Source: Eledone cirrhosa
Taxonomy: Eukaryota
Reading direction: 5' to 3'
Length of the DNA stretch: 64,000 nucleotides
Assembly (NCBI GenBank): GCA_964016885.1
Contig: OZ024755.1
Coordinates: 34,348,001-34,412,000, forward strand
Shown in pieces: positions 13,339 to 26,407 of the stretch. A program made the position numbers and the translations under genes. Each line of letters begins with the position of its first letter. Position 1 is the first letter of the stretch. The notes under the pieces are model-generated. The model had not been told where the DNA came from, did no database searches, and saw nothing but the letters and a program-made list of their open reading frames with translations.

Positions 13339-13717
13339 CACAATTATGTTTAATAATACAGTGTAACTGATTGTTTCCTTTTATGCTGTCTCCACATTTC
13401 ATTATAATTTGTAAAGCTAAGATTATTGCTACAACAATTCATGGAACAATTCTCATACAGAGAAATTCCTGTTTTCCATTTTTATGTAATTTAAATTTTG
13501 ATTGAAATAAATATAAATGAACAAAATGAAATTATACGATGTAGATTAATAAATATAATGACAGAACAATAAATATAAAATATGCATAGTTTTCTGGTCA
13601 TAAATTATTTCTTTAATATCAATATAAAATGCAATGAAACCTCTTTGGATCAGAGGGTATCAATTAAAGAAAAGTTTTACATCTAATTCAAGTCACCTTC
13701 GCTGAACCCATGAATCT

Positions 13718-13953
13718 TTAACACTTTACTTTCCAACCCGGCCAAACCCAACTCTGGTTCTATGAAATAAAACCATCCATTTTAAAGGTTTCTAATTTGA
13801 ATTAAAATCTTCCAACATAATTCTATATAAGAACCTTAGATTAAGTTACTATCTTTGTAATGAAATAATTAATGATTTTAGTAAATCACTCAAAATTCTT
13901 CAGTAATGAAAGTAGAGTGTATTTCGTTAGAAATACAGTCATGAAAGGGTTAA
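13718..13953. mobile_element. piggyBac-type MITE (family P2)
   Basis: ttaacacttt ... aaagggttaa ends; related reverse copy at about 50169-50427. Confidence 0.55.
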
Positions 13954-14532
13954 GTGTCATTGATGGAAGCAATTGAATTCAGCACTGCAAGCTAATAAAA
14001 TATGTATCAGTTATACTGCTGTTATTTCTTACATTGAAGTGGCTTTGGCAATTTAGTAAAAGGGCAATGACATTTTGGTTGATGATGGTACACATAAACA
14101 ACTCCATCAGCATTGGTTCTTACTTGATCTTTACAGTTTGAGAAATTTGTTTTCCTAGTAAAAATTAAATGATATCAACTGATGTTTTATGTATAAATAG
14201 ATTTATATCACTCTCTAGCAAATAGAGACGAGAATACTATAGCAATATTTGAATTAATTTTATTTCCTGAAGAGTTGTATAAATAACATTGCAAATAATT
14301 AAAAAAGAGAAAGAGAAGGGAAAGGAAAAAAAGAAAGAGAAAAAGAAAGAAAAGAAGGAAAACAACACAGAAGCAGGTAATAGATATATCTAGGAGCATA
14401 TACAACAAAAGGCAGGTGCAAGGGGTGGACAAACGAATCGCTACCAGAGCAAAAGATAACAATTTTGTGAGGAGAACTGGGAAACCTCTCTAGTAATTTT
14501 TTAGGCAAGCCAGCACGCTCGCAGTGTTACCT

Positions 14533-14902
14533 CGGGTGATATCGAGGCTGAGGTGCTGGAACAACCAAGTGCCCTCACGAACTTCACCAGTTACTGCGGG
14601 TGATGGCGAGGCTGATGAGCTGGAACAACCAAGCGCCTTCACAAACCTCACCAGTTACTGCGGGTGATGGCGAGGCTGATGCGCTGGAACAACCAAGCGC
14701 CTTCACAAACCTCACCAGTTACTGCGGGTGATGCGCTGGAACAACCAAGCGCCTTCACGAACTTCACCAGTTACTGCGGGTGATGGCGAGGCTGATGCGC
14801 TGGAACAACCAAGCGCCTTCACGAACTTCACCAGTTACTGCGGGTGATGGTGAGGCTGATGCGCTGGAACAACCAAGCGCCTTCACAAACCTCACCAGTT
14901 AC
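14533..14902 (+). repeat. GC-rich 64-bp tandem repeat, about 6 copies
   Basis: gggtgatggcgaggctgatgcgctggaacaaccaagcgccttcac... at 14598, 14662, 14726 (12-bp deletion), 14778 and 14842. Confidence 0.9.
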
Positions 14903-15845
14903 CTCTGATAGGTGAGTCGCCACTGAAGACAAGTAATATGTATTGACATATTATAAGATAATTTCGAAAATGTTAATATAATGTGATGGGATTAAATACA
15001 GTGAAATACAGTATTGAATAGCAATCATTAATAGAAATTACATCAAAGTTAAAACAAAATGGTTATTCCTCCTCCTCAGACATTGGAAATCAGCTTATCT
15101 GCATAAGAAACATTTCAGATAAGAATGGAGGAAAATATATTAGTAGAAATACTGATGAAAGATGTTACTTAGAATTTGATCAATTACATCGACCAATAGA
15201 TGAACAAACATTATTTATATAAAATGAGCTTACATCATTGTCGACTAAGCCAAGCAACAATTCTGAAATGAAACTTTTAATTCAGGAAATAAGTTTTCAT
15301 TGATGAGTTTCAGAGCCATTGTGAACTTTGTCGGATTTAAAAGCTAATTGTTCTCAGAAAATTAGACACACTCACACATTCATACACACACACACACATA
15401 TATATATATGCAGATACACATAACACACATATATATATGTGTGCAGATACACACACATAACACACACATATATATATATGTGCAGATACATATAACATAC
15501 GCATACATATATATATGTGCAGATACACATAACACACACACACATATATATATATATGTGCAGATACACATAACACACACACTCATATACACGCACACAT
15601 ACATATACTCACACAGACACACACATCATCATCATCATCGTTTAACGTCCATCTTCCATGCTAGCATGGGTTAGACATATATGCAGATATGCACATACAG
15701 ACACACACACACACACAGACATATATATGCAGATGAGCATGCACATGCACACACACACACACACACACATATATACACACACATGCACACATACACACAC
15801 ACACACACACATGAGGATATGCACACATGCCCACACACAGACATG

Positions 15846-15882
<37 letters not shown>

Positions 15883-16139
15883 GCAGATACACATGCTCAT
15901 ATTAGTGTATGTGTATGCATCTGTCTCTATCGTTGTAAAGTAGATGATGATGATGATGACTATAATGATGAGAAGGAGGGGGAAGACATGGCTATATATA
16001 TATATTTTATTTTTTGTACCTATAAGTGCATGTTTCTATGTGTGTATATGTATGTGTATATATGTATGTGTATATAGTGTTAGATATATCTGTAGACATG
16101 GTGGTGGTGGTGGTGATGATGATGATGATGATATAAGAT

Positions 16140-16445
16140 CTCAAACTCAGAGCTGTATGGGCGCCTCCCAAAACTCAGCTCAAAAGTGACACAGAGGAGA
16201 CTGAGGTTAGCTGGACATGCTCACCGACATCCAGGGTTGACACTGCACTCAGTGCTCCTGTGGGAGCCCCTACATGGATACACTAGAAGAGGGAGACCTA
16301 GGTTGACATATGTTAATGCCCTAAGGACAGGACAGACACTGGTCTCTGGCAGACGCAGGACATGGCAGTGATGATGAGGGACAGAGACCGCTGGAGAGAA
16401 CTCGTCCATGGATCTCGGGAATATTACCCGCCCTAGATATAGATA
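16140..16445 (+). mobile_element. RTE-like LINE 3' end
   Basis: RRLRLAGHAHRH...VLLWEP..GRPRLTY; same family at 47250-47590 on the minus strand. Confidence 0.85.
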
Positions 16446-16502
16446 TATAAGCATTGTTTTGAAAATTCAGCTTTGTTTACAAACAGCAGAGAATTTGAAA
16501 AT

Positions 16503-16714
16503 TAGATAGGGAAATAGGGCTTCTACCGTATTTTTGACTTAGTAAATTAGCCTAATATTAACAGATGTTAACATAGTGGTCCTGATAGCCAAAGATGTGG
16601 GTTTGTGTCCCATCTACGTCAATACTCATCTTTTTCCAATCTGGGGTTTTTATAACTCCAACTATTAGGCTAATCTACTTAGTCAAACAGCGGAAGCTCT
16701 ATTTTACTATCTAA
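16503..16714. repeat. Inverted-repeat element (~55-bp imperfect arms)
   Basis: ttagatagggaaatagggcttc...attagcctaata versus tattaggctaat...gaagctctattttactatctaa. Confidence 0.65.
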
Positions 16715-16731
16715 TATATATGTGTATATGT

Positions 16732-16950
16732 GAAGGCGTGTGGCTGGGTGGTTAGAGAATTGGATTCACAATCGTAAGGTTGTGAGTTCGATTCCTGGAC
16801 CAGGCAATGCGTTATGTCCTTGAGCAAGACACTTTATTTCACGTTGCTCCTTCTACCTGGAGTTGCGACCGATAGATAGTATTAGCAATTGGAAAGACCA
16901 ACGGAAACATTGTTCCCTCGGTCCGATTTGACAAAAGTCGATCGTTCCTT
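16732..16950 (+). mobile_element. CORE-type SINE subtype b
   Basis: tRNA head, CORE and ctggagttgcgacc body; another copy at 18747-19000. Confidence 0.8.
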
Positions 16951-16964
16951 TTTATATATGTGTA

Positions 16965-18200
16965 TGATGAATTTAGCGTAATGGTAGGGGTAGCCCCCTC
17001 CTGCTTATTATTGTCTTACAGGCTATAACAGAGGGGTTTAAGACTGGCTGCCCATGGGAACTTCTATATGCAGATGATCTAACTCTCATAGCTGAATCTA
17101 TGGCTGAACTAGAGAAGAAGTTTCAAACATGGAAGCATTGCCTTGAATCAAAAGGCCTTAGAGTCAACTTGTCTAAGACTAACGTTCTAGTATGCAGAAA
17201 GGATAATAGGGCACAGGTACCCTCTGGGAAATGGCCATGCTCAGTGTGTAAGAAAGGAGTAGGCAGAAACTCCATCTATGTCCCAAATGCAAAATATGGG
17301 TGCATAAAAGATGTACTGGGATCATAGGTAAGCTATCTAAGAATGTAGATTTTATATGTAGCCGATGCTCAGGTGCAGTAAGTAGCAAGGACCCACTGGA
17401 TGATCTCTTCTTCAACTGCCCAGATGGTTCTATAGTAATAGTGAACACTTTCCGTTACCTGGGTGACAAAATCAGCAGTGGAAGAGGGTGCTCTGAAAGT
17501 GTAGTAGCCAGAGTTAGAACGGGATGGAAAAAGTTCACAGAGCTAATACTAATGAAAGGCAGATTGTATGATGCATGTATACGAACGGCGATATTACATG
17601 GTAGTGAGGCTTGGGCATTGTGTGCTGAAGACCTGCGTAGATTAGAAAGAAATGAAGCTTGCATGCTCCGATGGATATGTAATAGTAATGTGCGCAAAAG
17701 ACAAAGCATAAACGAACTAACAGGGAGACTAAGCATAAGAGGTATCAAATATTGCGTTCTGGAGAGGAGATTGCATTGGTATGGGCATGTGATGCGTATG
17801 AAGGACAGCTATATAAAAAAAAATGCAGGGCAATGAAAATTGATGGAAGCTGCGGAGTGGGTAGACTTAGAAAAACCTGGGACGAGGTGATAAAAACTGA
17901 CCTTGCCCACCTACACCTCTCTAAGACAATGACACTGGATCGAAACCTTTGGCACCATGCAGTTGTGCAGAAGACCCGACTACCATTGCGTACAAACCTA
18001 CAGTCAGTAGGCACCTCTTAACTCAATGTTCACCCCACTGTCAGACCCTACCCCACCCTCCCTCTCCCGTTCCGTCCACTGTGTCGATGACACAACAATC
18101 CACAATGTAAGGTGGTCGTGTAGGAGACACGGTGAAAAGGCTCCCAGTCCACACTGTAAATGTGGTTGGTGTTAGGAAGGGCATCCAGCTGTAAAAAAAA
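16965..18200 (+). pseudogene. Decayed RTE LINE: RT C-terminal half (YADD), Cys/His finger, thumb region and 3' UTR
   Basis: GCPWELLYADDL at about 17045-17080; CSVC..CPKC..HKRC..CSRC; FRYLG; LHGSEAW; LHWYGHV; RKTWDEVI; several frameshifts. Confidence 0.9.
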
Positions 18201-18435
18201 CTTGACTGACAGGCATTGTTAGTTTAAGAGATAAACAAGGATTGGTATTCCAATTTGAACCTGTTTACAGTATTCTTTCTGCCTTTGTTAATATAAATTA
18301 TAGCTTTAAAGAATTAGCTTTTAATGAACTCTCTTTTCTTTAAATCCATCAACCAATGACCTCCACCCACCCCAATCCCCACCCTCTCCTACCACCAGAA
18401 AAGATATAAATATCACCACATTTACTTGGACAGTC

Positions 18436-18486
18436 AGCTTCCTGATGATTTCTCACGAATGAAACAGTTCTAGTCCTGTAGAAGCT
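18436..18486 (+). ncRNA. Type I hammerhead ribozyme, canonical core
   Basis: agcttc-CTGATGA-t(ttc tcac gaa)t-GAAA-cag ttctagtc ctg-TA-gaagct: stems I, II and III all pair; GUA triplet. Confidence 0.85.
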
Positions 18487-18515
<29 letters not shown>

Positions 18516-18518
<3 letters not shown>

Positions 18519-18683
18519 CGTTTGTATATGTATAATAAAGCCAAAACAATGCAGGTATGGACATAGAATAAAGAATGCAAATGCAAAAGATATTGTTGAC
18601 AATTAGTCTTTTACCTTAGATTTATTCTTTATTCTATGTCCATACCTGCATTGTTTTGGCTTTATTATACATATACAAACGTT
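18516..18683. repeat. Foldback insert next to (TA)n, ~58-bp arms
   Basis: aaacgtttgtatatgtataataaagcc...aagaat versus attctt...ggctttattatacatatacaaacgttt. Confidence 0.85.
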
Positions 18684-19299
18684 TATACCTCATTACACAA
18701 TGCTTCAAGTGAACTATAACCTCCTCCATATATATATATATAAAGTGAAGGCGCATGGCTTAGAGAATTGGATTCGCAATCATGAGGTTTCTGATTTTGA
18801 TACCCGGACCGGGCGATACGTTATGTCCTTGAGCAAGACACTTCACTTCGCATTGCTCCTTCTACCTGGAGTTGCGACTGAGAGATAGTGTTAGCAATTG
18901 GAAAGACCAATGGAAACATTGTTTCCTCAGTCTGATTTGACGAGCTTGACTCCACTTGTTAAGCAAATGAGATCTGGGATCATGTCGATCGACTATTGAT
19001 ATATATAAAGGGAACAAGTAATAAATTATGATTTCTAATTAGACACAAAGCCAACAATTTTGCGGGGAGGGCAAAGTTGATTAAATTGACTGCAGTATTT
19101 GACAGGTATTTTATTTTATTGAAACCTATATTTATATCATGACAAGTTAATGTTTAGAAAAAGTTATGAATTACACAAATTCCATGTGTAGAGGAAGTGA
19201 ATTTGTCAACTGAACAATTAATAGTGTGCGTTTGTGACAGCATGTGTAGAGAGTGAGAGATAAGCTAATGATGTGATAGAGTGAGAGATAGAGTTTACT

Positions 19300-19620
19300 A
19301 TAATTGCTGCTACTTTTGGTACAACGCCAGCAATTACCCCAGTCTATTACTGGTGCTTTATTTTATCGACCCTGCAAAGTTAACCTCGGCGGGATTTGAA
19401 CACAGAACATAAAGGGCCATAACTCTATGCTGCAGAGCAATGGTGTCTGACGCTCTACTGATATTGTTCCTACTTTTGGCACAAGTGCAGCAATTACCCC
19501 AGTGCATTACTGATACTTTATTTTATCAACACCTCGGCGGGATTTGAACTCAGAACATAAAGCACCATAAATGCTGCAAGGCATGGTGCCTGACACTCCA
19601 ATAATACTGCCAACCCAATA
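19300..19620 (-). mobile_element. Two tandem family M SINEs
   Basis: Reverse-strand B box ggatttgaac twice, with family body. Confidence 0.7.
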
Positions 19621-21139
19621 ATACTGTTATTAATAAGTGGAGTGTTAAAACTGCTTTACTGGATAGCTAAAAGCTCAATTCAATGGAGTTCCTGCAGAGC
19701 TATTATATACTAATTTCAAAAACACCAAACATTCAAGACATTGTCAAACTGACACATGTTTCTGCCAGTCTAAACTCACTCTAGAGTCATAGAATTACAA
19801 TTCCAAAACTTTATTTAAACATGAATGCATTAAAATTCATAGATTATTGAGATAAACTCAATGCAAGAATAACTGTTAAAACAGCAAAATGCTGTCAATG
19901 TCATCGGGTAAAAATTACCTCAAAGGACTTTTGGAGGAGGGGAAGTCAATTAAATCAACCACAGTACATTACTGGTACTTTATTTTATCAACCTTGTAAG
20001 GATGAAAAGCAAAGTTAACATTGACAAGATTTGATCTCAGAACATAAAGGGCTGTAACTCTATGGTGTCCGATGCTCTACCAATACTGTCAATCTACTGC
20101 CCTGTATAATAATGAGGATGATGGTGATAATCTTTTTATTTATTTGCTATTAGAACAGAAAAAATATAAATATCAAAAGCTAAAACAAACCAACCAAGTA
20201 GTATGACAAGTGGTTTACATGCAAAATAAATTTTCAAGAATCTTACATAAAATATACATAAAATATTAATAAAAGTAATTAACTGGAAACCCCAACACAC
20301 AGAAAAAGAGAAAAAGAAAAAGAATAATTATGAAAGAAGAGAAGAGAAAAAGAAAGAGAAATACAAGATATATAAGCAGGGATAATGATATGATGAAATG
20401 GATAAAGATAGAGAAAAAATTATTCTCTTCAAATTAAATTCAAAATCAGTAAAATTATAATTTTTATTTCTTAAATCCATTTTTGCATTTTTGGGGTATT
20501 TTTTTGCAGAGTTTTGCATGCAATTTTCCCCATTCATTCTCCTATCTTTCTCTGACAGTCAAAGAAAGAATGAAAGAAGACATGAGACTTATTTAATACA
20601 TGCGAAGTGCAGGAAAAAATTGTACATTCTTCAAAAACTAAGATCAATTTAGATATTTCCGTTAAAGAAAATAAGAAGAAAATTGAGATGATGTCTTTAT
20701 GGAATTTGAAAACAAAATTGAGATAGAAAAATTAATAAAGTAAAGTAGATTAAAAACCATAAGTGAAATATTGCTTCCTTTTTTTTTTTTATTTTATTTT
20801 ATTTTATTTTCTACGCAAGCACAAAGCTTCAGAGTTATAGAGTTGAAGAAATAGGAGGCTATATCATTCATGGCTTTCCCAAAGTCATTAGCATCATATC
20901 AATGAAATATAAGAAACATCAACCAGAAACTGAAATAAGGTCAAAGACTTAATTCATTAATTAATGCTCACCACATTAAGTGAGTTAGTACTTACTTCAG
21001 AATTTGTCTTAATATAGTTTTGTAGGCCATTAGTTCTTATCTTTGGAATATATTGTTGAATATTAGACAGCCATGCTCAAATATGTAAGCATGATTAGTT
21101 CAGTTTTAAGTTGAAACTGAACTTTTAGATAGAAGCAAG

Positions 21140-21458
21140 TAAAAACCATCCTCAGTCACGAGCGATTAAGGGATTTGGACCTAGACAGTTCCGCTCCGCA
21201 GCATAAGTGCGGGTAAGGTTTGTTTATGGAAGACCAGCAGTCTCCCTTCCCCACATCACTGATATTTCCAAGGGAAAGGCCAAGGCTGATAGAGCCTGGC
21301 ACCAGTGACATTGCAACTCACTTCTACAGCCGAGTAAACTGGAACAACGTGAAATAAAGTGTCTTACTCAAGGACACAACACAAAGCCACGTCTGAGAAT
21401 TGATCCCACAACCTCTCGATTGTAAGCTTGACACTCTAACCACTAAGCCATGCACCTA
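21140..21458 (-). mobile_element. CORE-type SINE subtype d
   Basis: Reverse-strand tRNA head plus CORE (gtgaaataaagtgtcttactcaagg) with a distinct 3' body. Confidence 0.7.
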
Positions 21459-22467
21459 AGTATAAGCATGTGATTAAAGACTAAACTTTTGTATCATATT
21501 TTATTTCTGTCCCTCACATCATCTCTGAATTAGTTGTAGACAACATATAAATGTTATGTCAGATACAAAATTTGATGTTAATTTGCTGCATGCTGTAAGG
21601 CAGACCTACCAAATCTTCCCGTCCAATGGGGAGATCTCCCACCCACTTTGGGTTGGGAGAGAGATGTCTTCTTTTGTAAAAATGGTTATAGCTTTCATTA
21701 CGTAAAATCTCCCCATTTTGCCTCATTTCTCCCTGTTTTGGGGCACCTTTTTACATGGTACTCCCCATTTACACTTTTAGAGGTTGGCAGATCTGTGTAA
21801 TGTGGCAGTACTGGTAGCATAATAAAATGCAGGCAGTACATGCTGAAGTGGTTGATGTCAGAAAAGACTTCCAACCAGAGAAACCAGGCCAAAATGAAAA
21901 CGAATGTGCAAGACATGGTCATCTAACTGTCCAATCTCAGAATGTGACAACTCATCCGACTCATATTGTGCTCATAATTGTTTTGGCATTAATACACTGG
22001 TTGGATGCTCTTCCTAACACTAGTGCCCCTTTACAGCATGGACTAGGTGCTTTTATTCGTGCCACCAGCACTAGAGAGGTTGTCTTACTGGACTCAGTAT
22101 CGAAAAAATATGAAAGACACTGTTGATGATGAATTAAAACTGAATAAAAGATAGTAAATGTACGAACTTGACAAAAATCATGGCAATGCCTTCCTGAAAA
22201 ACTCAAGCTAAAGCAATGATGAAAAATGATCACTGATTCCTGGAAGTGAACCTAGGTCTTTGGGGAAAAGGGTATGAACTTAGCTAGTTAACAAAGGCTC
22301 AGACCATTGTTGCGATGGTAGAAGAGACAGATAGAAATAAAAGGGTATCTGTGAGCTAGTGGTTGAAGCACACTGGTGAGTGAATCTTTGACAATCATTT
22401 GACTGGCCTTTTTTTGAGGGGTGGGAAAGGTAGTGTGCCTGTGTATAATATAACATAATATAATGAA

Positions 22468-22862
22468 AATAGTGTGTACAGTACTCAGGTGCACTACAAC
22501 TCATCAAAGGTGCATGTATACTGTATAGAATAATTGTTTCTACTTTTGGCACAAGGCCAGCAATTACCCCAGTGCATTACTGGTGCTTTATTTTATCAAC
22601 CCTGTAAGGACGAAAGGCAAAGTTAGCCTCAGCAGGATTTGAACTCGGCACATAAAGATCCTTAACTCTATGCTGCAAAGAATGGTGTCTGACGCTGTAC
22701 TGATACTGCCAATTCACTGCCTTTAGTACATAGAATAATGTACACATGTCAGGAAAGTGCAATGTGTATGAGTGATGATATACACACAGACACATGCGTG
22801 CATTAGTATGGAGGGGAATATCAGGTGTAGTGTTGGCGAATTTTGGGAAGCATAGACGTTCT
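22468..22862 (-). mobile_element. Composite element: LINE-like 3' end carrying an embedded family M SINE
   Basis: Same structure and same SINE position as 26408-26792. Confidence 0.7.
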
Positions 22863-22869
22863 GTACTTA

Positions 22870-23246
22870 ACATCCTCAGAGACCATGACCTCTGGCGTCA
22901 CGCAGTAATAGAGTACCTGACCTCCCATGGGTACAAGCTGAAGCATATAGACAATATGCCCCCCGCCCCCCACCGCAAGGTGGTCGTGGAGGTGCCACGG
23001 CAAAAAAGCACCCAGCCCACACTGTAAAGTGGACGTGTAGGCGCCACGAAAAAGAACCCAGCACTCACTGTAAATGAGGTTGGTGTTAGGAAGGGCATCC
23101 AGCTGTAGAAATCAAGCCAAATCAGTTCCTGTATGAGCAAGGCATGGTCAGCCGACCAGACACTGCCCACAACAGGACAACCCGTCTAACCCATGCTAGC
23201 GTCGAAGAACGGACGTAAAACGGTGATGATGATGATGATGATGATG
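22870..23246 (+). mobile_element. RTE LINE 3' end and 3' UTR
   Basis: RDHDLWRHAV resembles DRNLWHHAV at about 17940; ~47-bp subrepeats; (GAT)n tail. Confidence 0.75.
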
Positions 23247-23781
23247 AGAGACCCATCAATGAGTAACACTCCAGTTTGAGAAACCACTTCAGTTATATTC
23301 TTTCATTAAGTGACTATATCAGGCTTAAATATTCACTGACTTGGTAAAGGTATAAAGGGATAACTAATGTTAACCAAATTTTCTAATATAATTATCATGA
23401 CAAAAAGCACCCAGTCCACTCTGTAAAGAGGTCATGTTGGAGTCACAACAAAAGTACCCAATCCACACTGTAAAGTGGTCGTGTAAGAGTCACAACAAAA
23501 AGCATCCGGTCCACACTGTAAAGTGGTCGTGTAGGTGTCACAACAAAAAGCGCCCAGCACACACTGTAAATGTGGTTGGCGTTAGGAAGGGCATCCAACT
23601 GTAGAATCCTAGCCAAAATCAGTTATGTGTCAGCGAAACACTGTCCTCCAACCTGATTTCTCATAAAGGGACAGCTCATCTTACTCATGCTAGCATAGAA
23701 TAAGGACATTAAACGATGATGATGATATGATGATGATATTTAGTAAAATAAAATAAAATAGAAATAATATAAATTAAGTTT

Positions 23782-24055
23782 CATCATCATCATCATCAGT
23801 CCCTTGACTTCTGTAGTCGTCTGGGAGATCCTACTGTAGAAGCAGCACGCATTCAAAATGCGTCTATCAACACCGGTCGTCATCAAATCTGGTGTCGTCA
23901 TTTGTGTCCATTCTTTGATATTGTCCAACCAGTTTTTGCATTGATGTCCCCCTCCTGCATCCACCTTTAACAATGCATTGCATGATGGTCTCTCACAGGC
24001 TGTCATGTCGTATGACATGGCCAAACAACACCAGTTTCCTCCTCTTGAAGTTTCA
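23782..24055 (-). mobile_element. RTE LINE 3' fragment
   Basis: ALLKVDAGGGHQCKNWLDNIKEWT; (TGA)n tail. Confidence 0.75.
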
Positions 24056-24124
24056 TGAATATATAAATATATAAATACTAAAAGCATAAGATGATGATAT
24101 CAAAATGTCTACAAGTGTCTAAAC

Positions 24125-25026
24125 CAGGCATGGGCAACCTTTTTCGAAAAGCGGGCTGCATGAGATATGGCTTATCATCAGGTGGGCCTCATGAGATATG
24201 GCTCATCATCAGGCGGGCCTCATGAGATATGGCTTGGCTTATCATCAAGCGGGCCACATGAGATATGGCTCATCATCAGGCGGGCCTCATGAGATATGGC
24301 TTGGCTTATCATCAAGTGGGCCGCATGAGATATGGCTTATCATCAAGCGGGCCGCATGAGATATGGCTCATCATCAAGTGGGCCTCATGAGATATGGCTT
24401 GGCTTATCATCAAGCGGGCCGCATGAGATATGGCGTATCATCAGGTGGGCCTCATGAGATATGGCTTGGCTTATCATCAAGTGGGCCGCATGAGATATGG
24501 CTCATCATCAGGTGGGCCACATGAGATATGGCTCATCATCAGGTGGGCCACATGAGATATGGCTCATCATCAGGTGGGCCACATGAGATATGGCTCATCA
24601 TCAGGTGGGCCACATGAGATATGGCTTATCATCAGGCAGGCCGCATGAGATATGGCTCATCATCAGGCAGGCCGCATGAGATATGGCTCATCATCAGGCA
24701 GGCCGCATGAGATATGGCTCATCATCAGGTGGGCCACATGAGGTATGGCTCATCATCAGGCAGGCTGCATGAGATATGTCTCATCATCAGGCGGGCCGCA
24801 AACGCTAATTTACATTTATGCCCACATTAAAAAAAAGGGGCAGTAACTCAGGTTGTTTTGATTTGTTTCTTCAGAATTCGTACACATTGTTTTCCTCGAT
24901 CGTAAAAGTGATAGAAAGATAAATTACGACTGAAAAGTTGGGTTAAAATAATCAGAAAGATTTCACTCAGGTGACTTAGGCGAGCCATTCAGAAAGCTTC
25001 GCGGGCTGCAGGTTTGCCATGACTAG
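24125..25026. mobile_element. hAT (Charlie-like) MITE with internal minisatellite
   Basis: Ends caggcatgggcaacct / aggtttgccatgactag; subterminal gcgggccgc motifs. Confidence 0.65.
24150..24800 (+). repeat. 31/36-bp minisatellite, about 20 copies
   Basis: Unit catgagatatggctcatcatcaggtgggcca. Confidence 0.95.
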
Positions 25027-25264
25027 GCTAATCCTTGGTTTGATCTCGTGTTACTTTGTCTTACATAAAACTATAACTTCAGCAATTTTCTCTGGCCAGT
25101 TTTATTTTTCAAGATCGATTAGTTTTTAAATGTTTATAAGCTGTCTTTTCACTACAAAAATTATAAACAAAACAAAATTTCTTTTTTATAATTTAAAATC
25201 GTTAGATACATTTGAAATATCGAGAGAAAAAATATAGATATTTTGTTTTGCTTTATTTTATTTA

Positions 25265-25554
25265 GAATAACTGTCATGAGAAATATCAAGCATGTGTGAG
25301 TGTGTGTGTGTGAGTGTGTGAGTGTGTGTGAGTGTGTGTGTGTGTGAGTGTGTGTGTGTGAGTGTGTGAGTATGTGTGAATGTGAATAACTGTCATGAGA
25401 AATATCGAGCATTTGTGAGTGTGTGTGTGTGTGAGTGTGTGTGTGTGTGTGACTGTGTGAGTGTGTGTGTGTGTGACTGTGTGAGTGAGTGTGTGTACGT
25501 TTGTGTGAGGGTGTGTGTGAATGTGAATAACTGTCATGAGAAATATCGAGCATT

Positions 25555-25587
<33 letters not shown>

Positions 25588-25938
25588 GTGTGTGTGTGTG
25601 TGAGTGTGTGTGACTGTGTGAGTGTGTGTACGTTTGTGTGAGGGTGTGTGTGAATGTGAATAACTGTCATGAGAAATATCAAACATTTGTGTGTGTGAGA
25701 GAGAGAGAAAGTATGAGAGAGTGTGTGTGTGTGTGTGTGTGAGTGTGAGTGTGTTTGTGTCTGTACTTTTGTGTGAGTGTGTGTGTGTCTGAGTGTATGT
25801 ATGTATGTGTGTGTGAATGCGTGCGCGCCTGTGTGAGTGAGTGAGTGAGTGGTCATGTGGCTGAGTATATGTATGTGTGTCAGGGTGTGTGTGTGTGTGA
25901 GAGTATATATGCCTGTGTATATATATATGTATGTATAC

Positions 25939-25981
<43 letters not shown>

Positions 25982-25990
25982 GTGTGCATG
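25265..25990 (+). repeat. (TG)n-rich tract with 4 spaced copies of a ~30-bp cassette
   Basis: aataactgtcatgagaaatatc(g/a)agcat at about 25266, 25385, 25526 and 25659. Confidence 0.85.
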
Positions 25991-26407
25991 TTGAGTTGTA
26001 TGTTTGTATATCACAGGTCTAGTTGTATGTGGTTATCCCAAATGTCAGAAACAGTTAGGTTTGTTTAACGGAGAAAACTTGTAAAACTTGTGAAGACTTG
26101 GGAAGTTTTGAAAAATTAAACAGATGCCTACAGCATTTCAGGTTTTGTTTCTTTTTACTTGGTTTTAAAGAATTGAGAGAAGTAATGAAGATGGTGATGA
26201 TGATTATATTGGTGTTGATTAGTATTGATGTTGATGTTCTCGCTGTTACTGGGAGCAGTGAATTGACAAAATTGCAAGACCATTGAACAAAATGCCTTGT
26301 AGTATTTCTTCCAGCTCTTTACGGTCTACGTTCAAATCCCTTCAGCCCTTTTAGTTTGATAAAATAAAGCACCAATAGAGTATAAAAAAACAATAATAAT
26401 GAAATGA

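Noticed and set aside
21827-22126. 99-aa ORF with protein-like composition
   Set aside because: Overlaps a degenerate SINE/RTE tail motif (tggttgatgtcagaaaagacttccaacc).
24150-24800. Repeated CTGATGA on the minus strand
   Set aside because: No GAAA or stem III partner, so not hammerheads.
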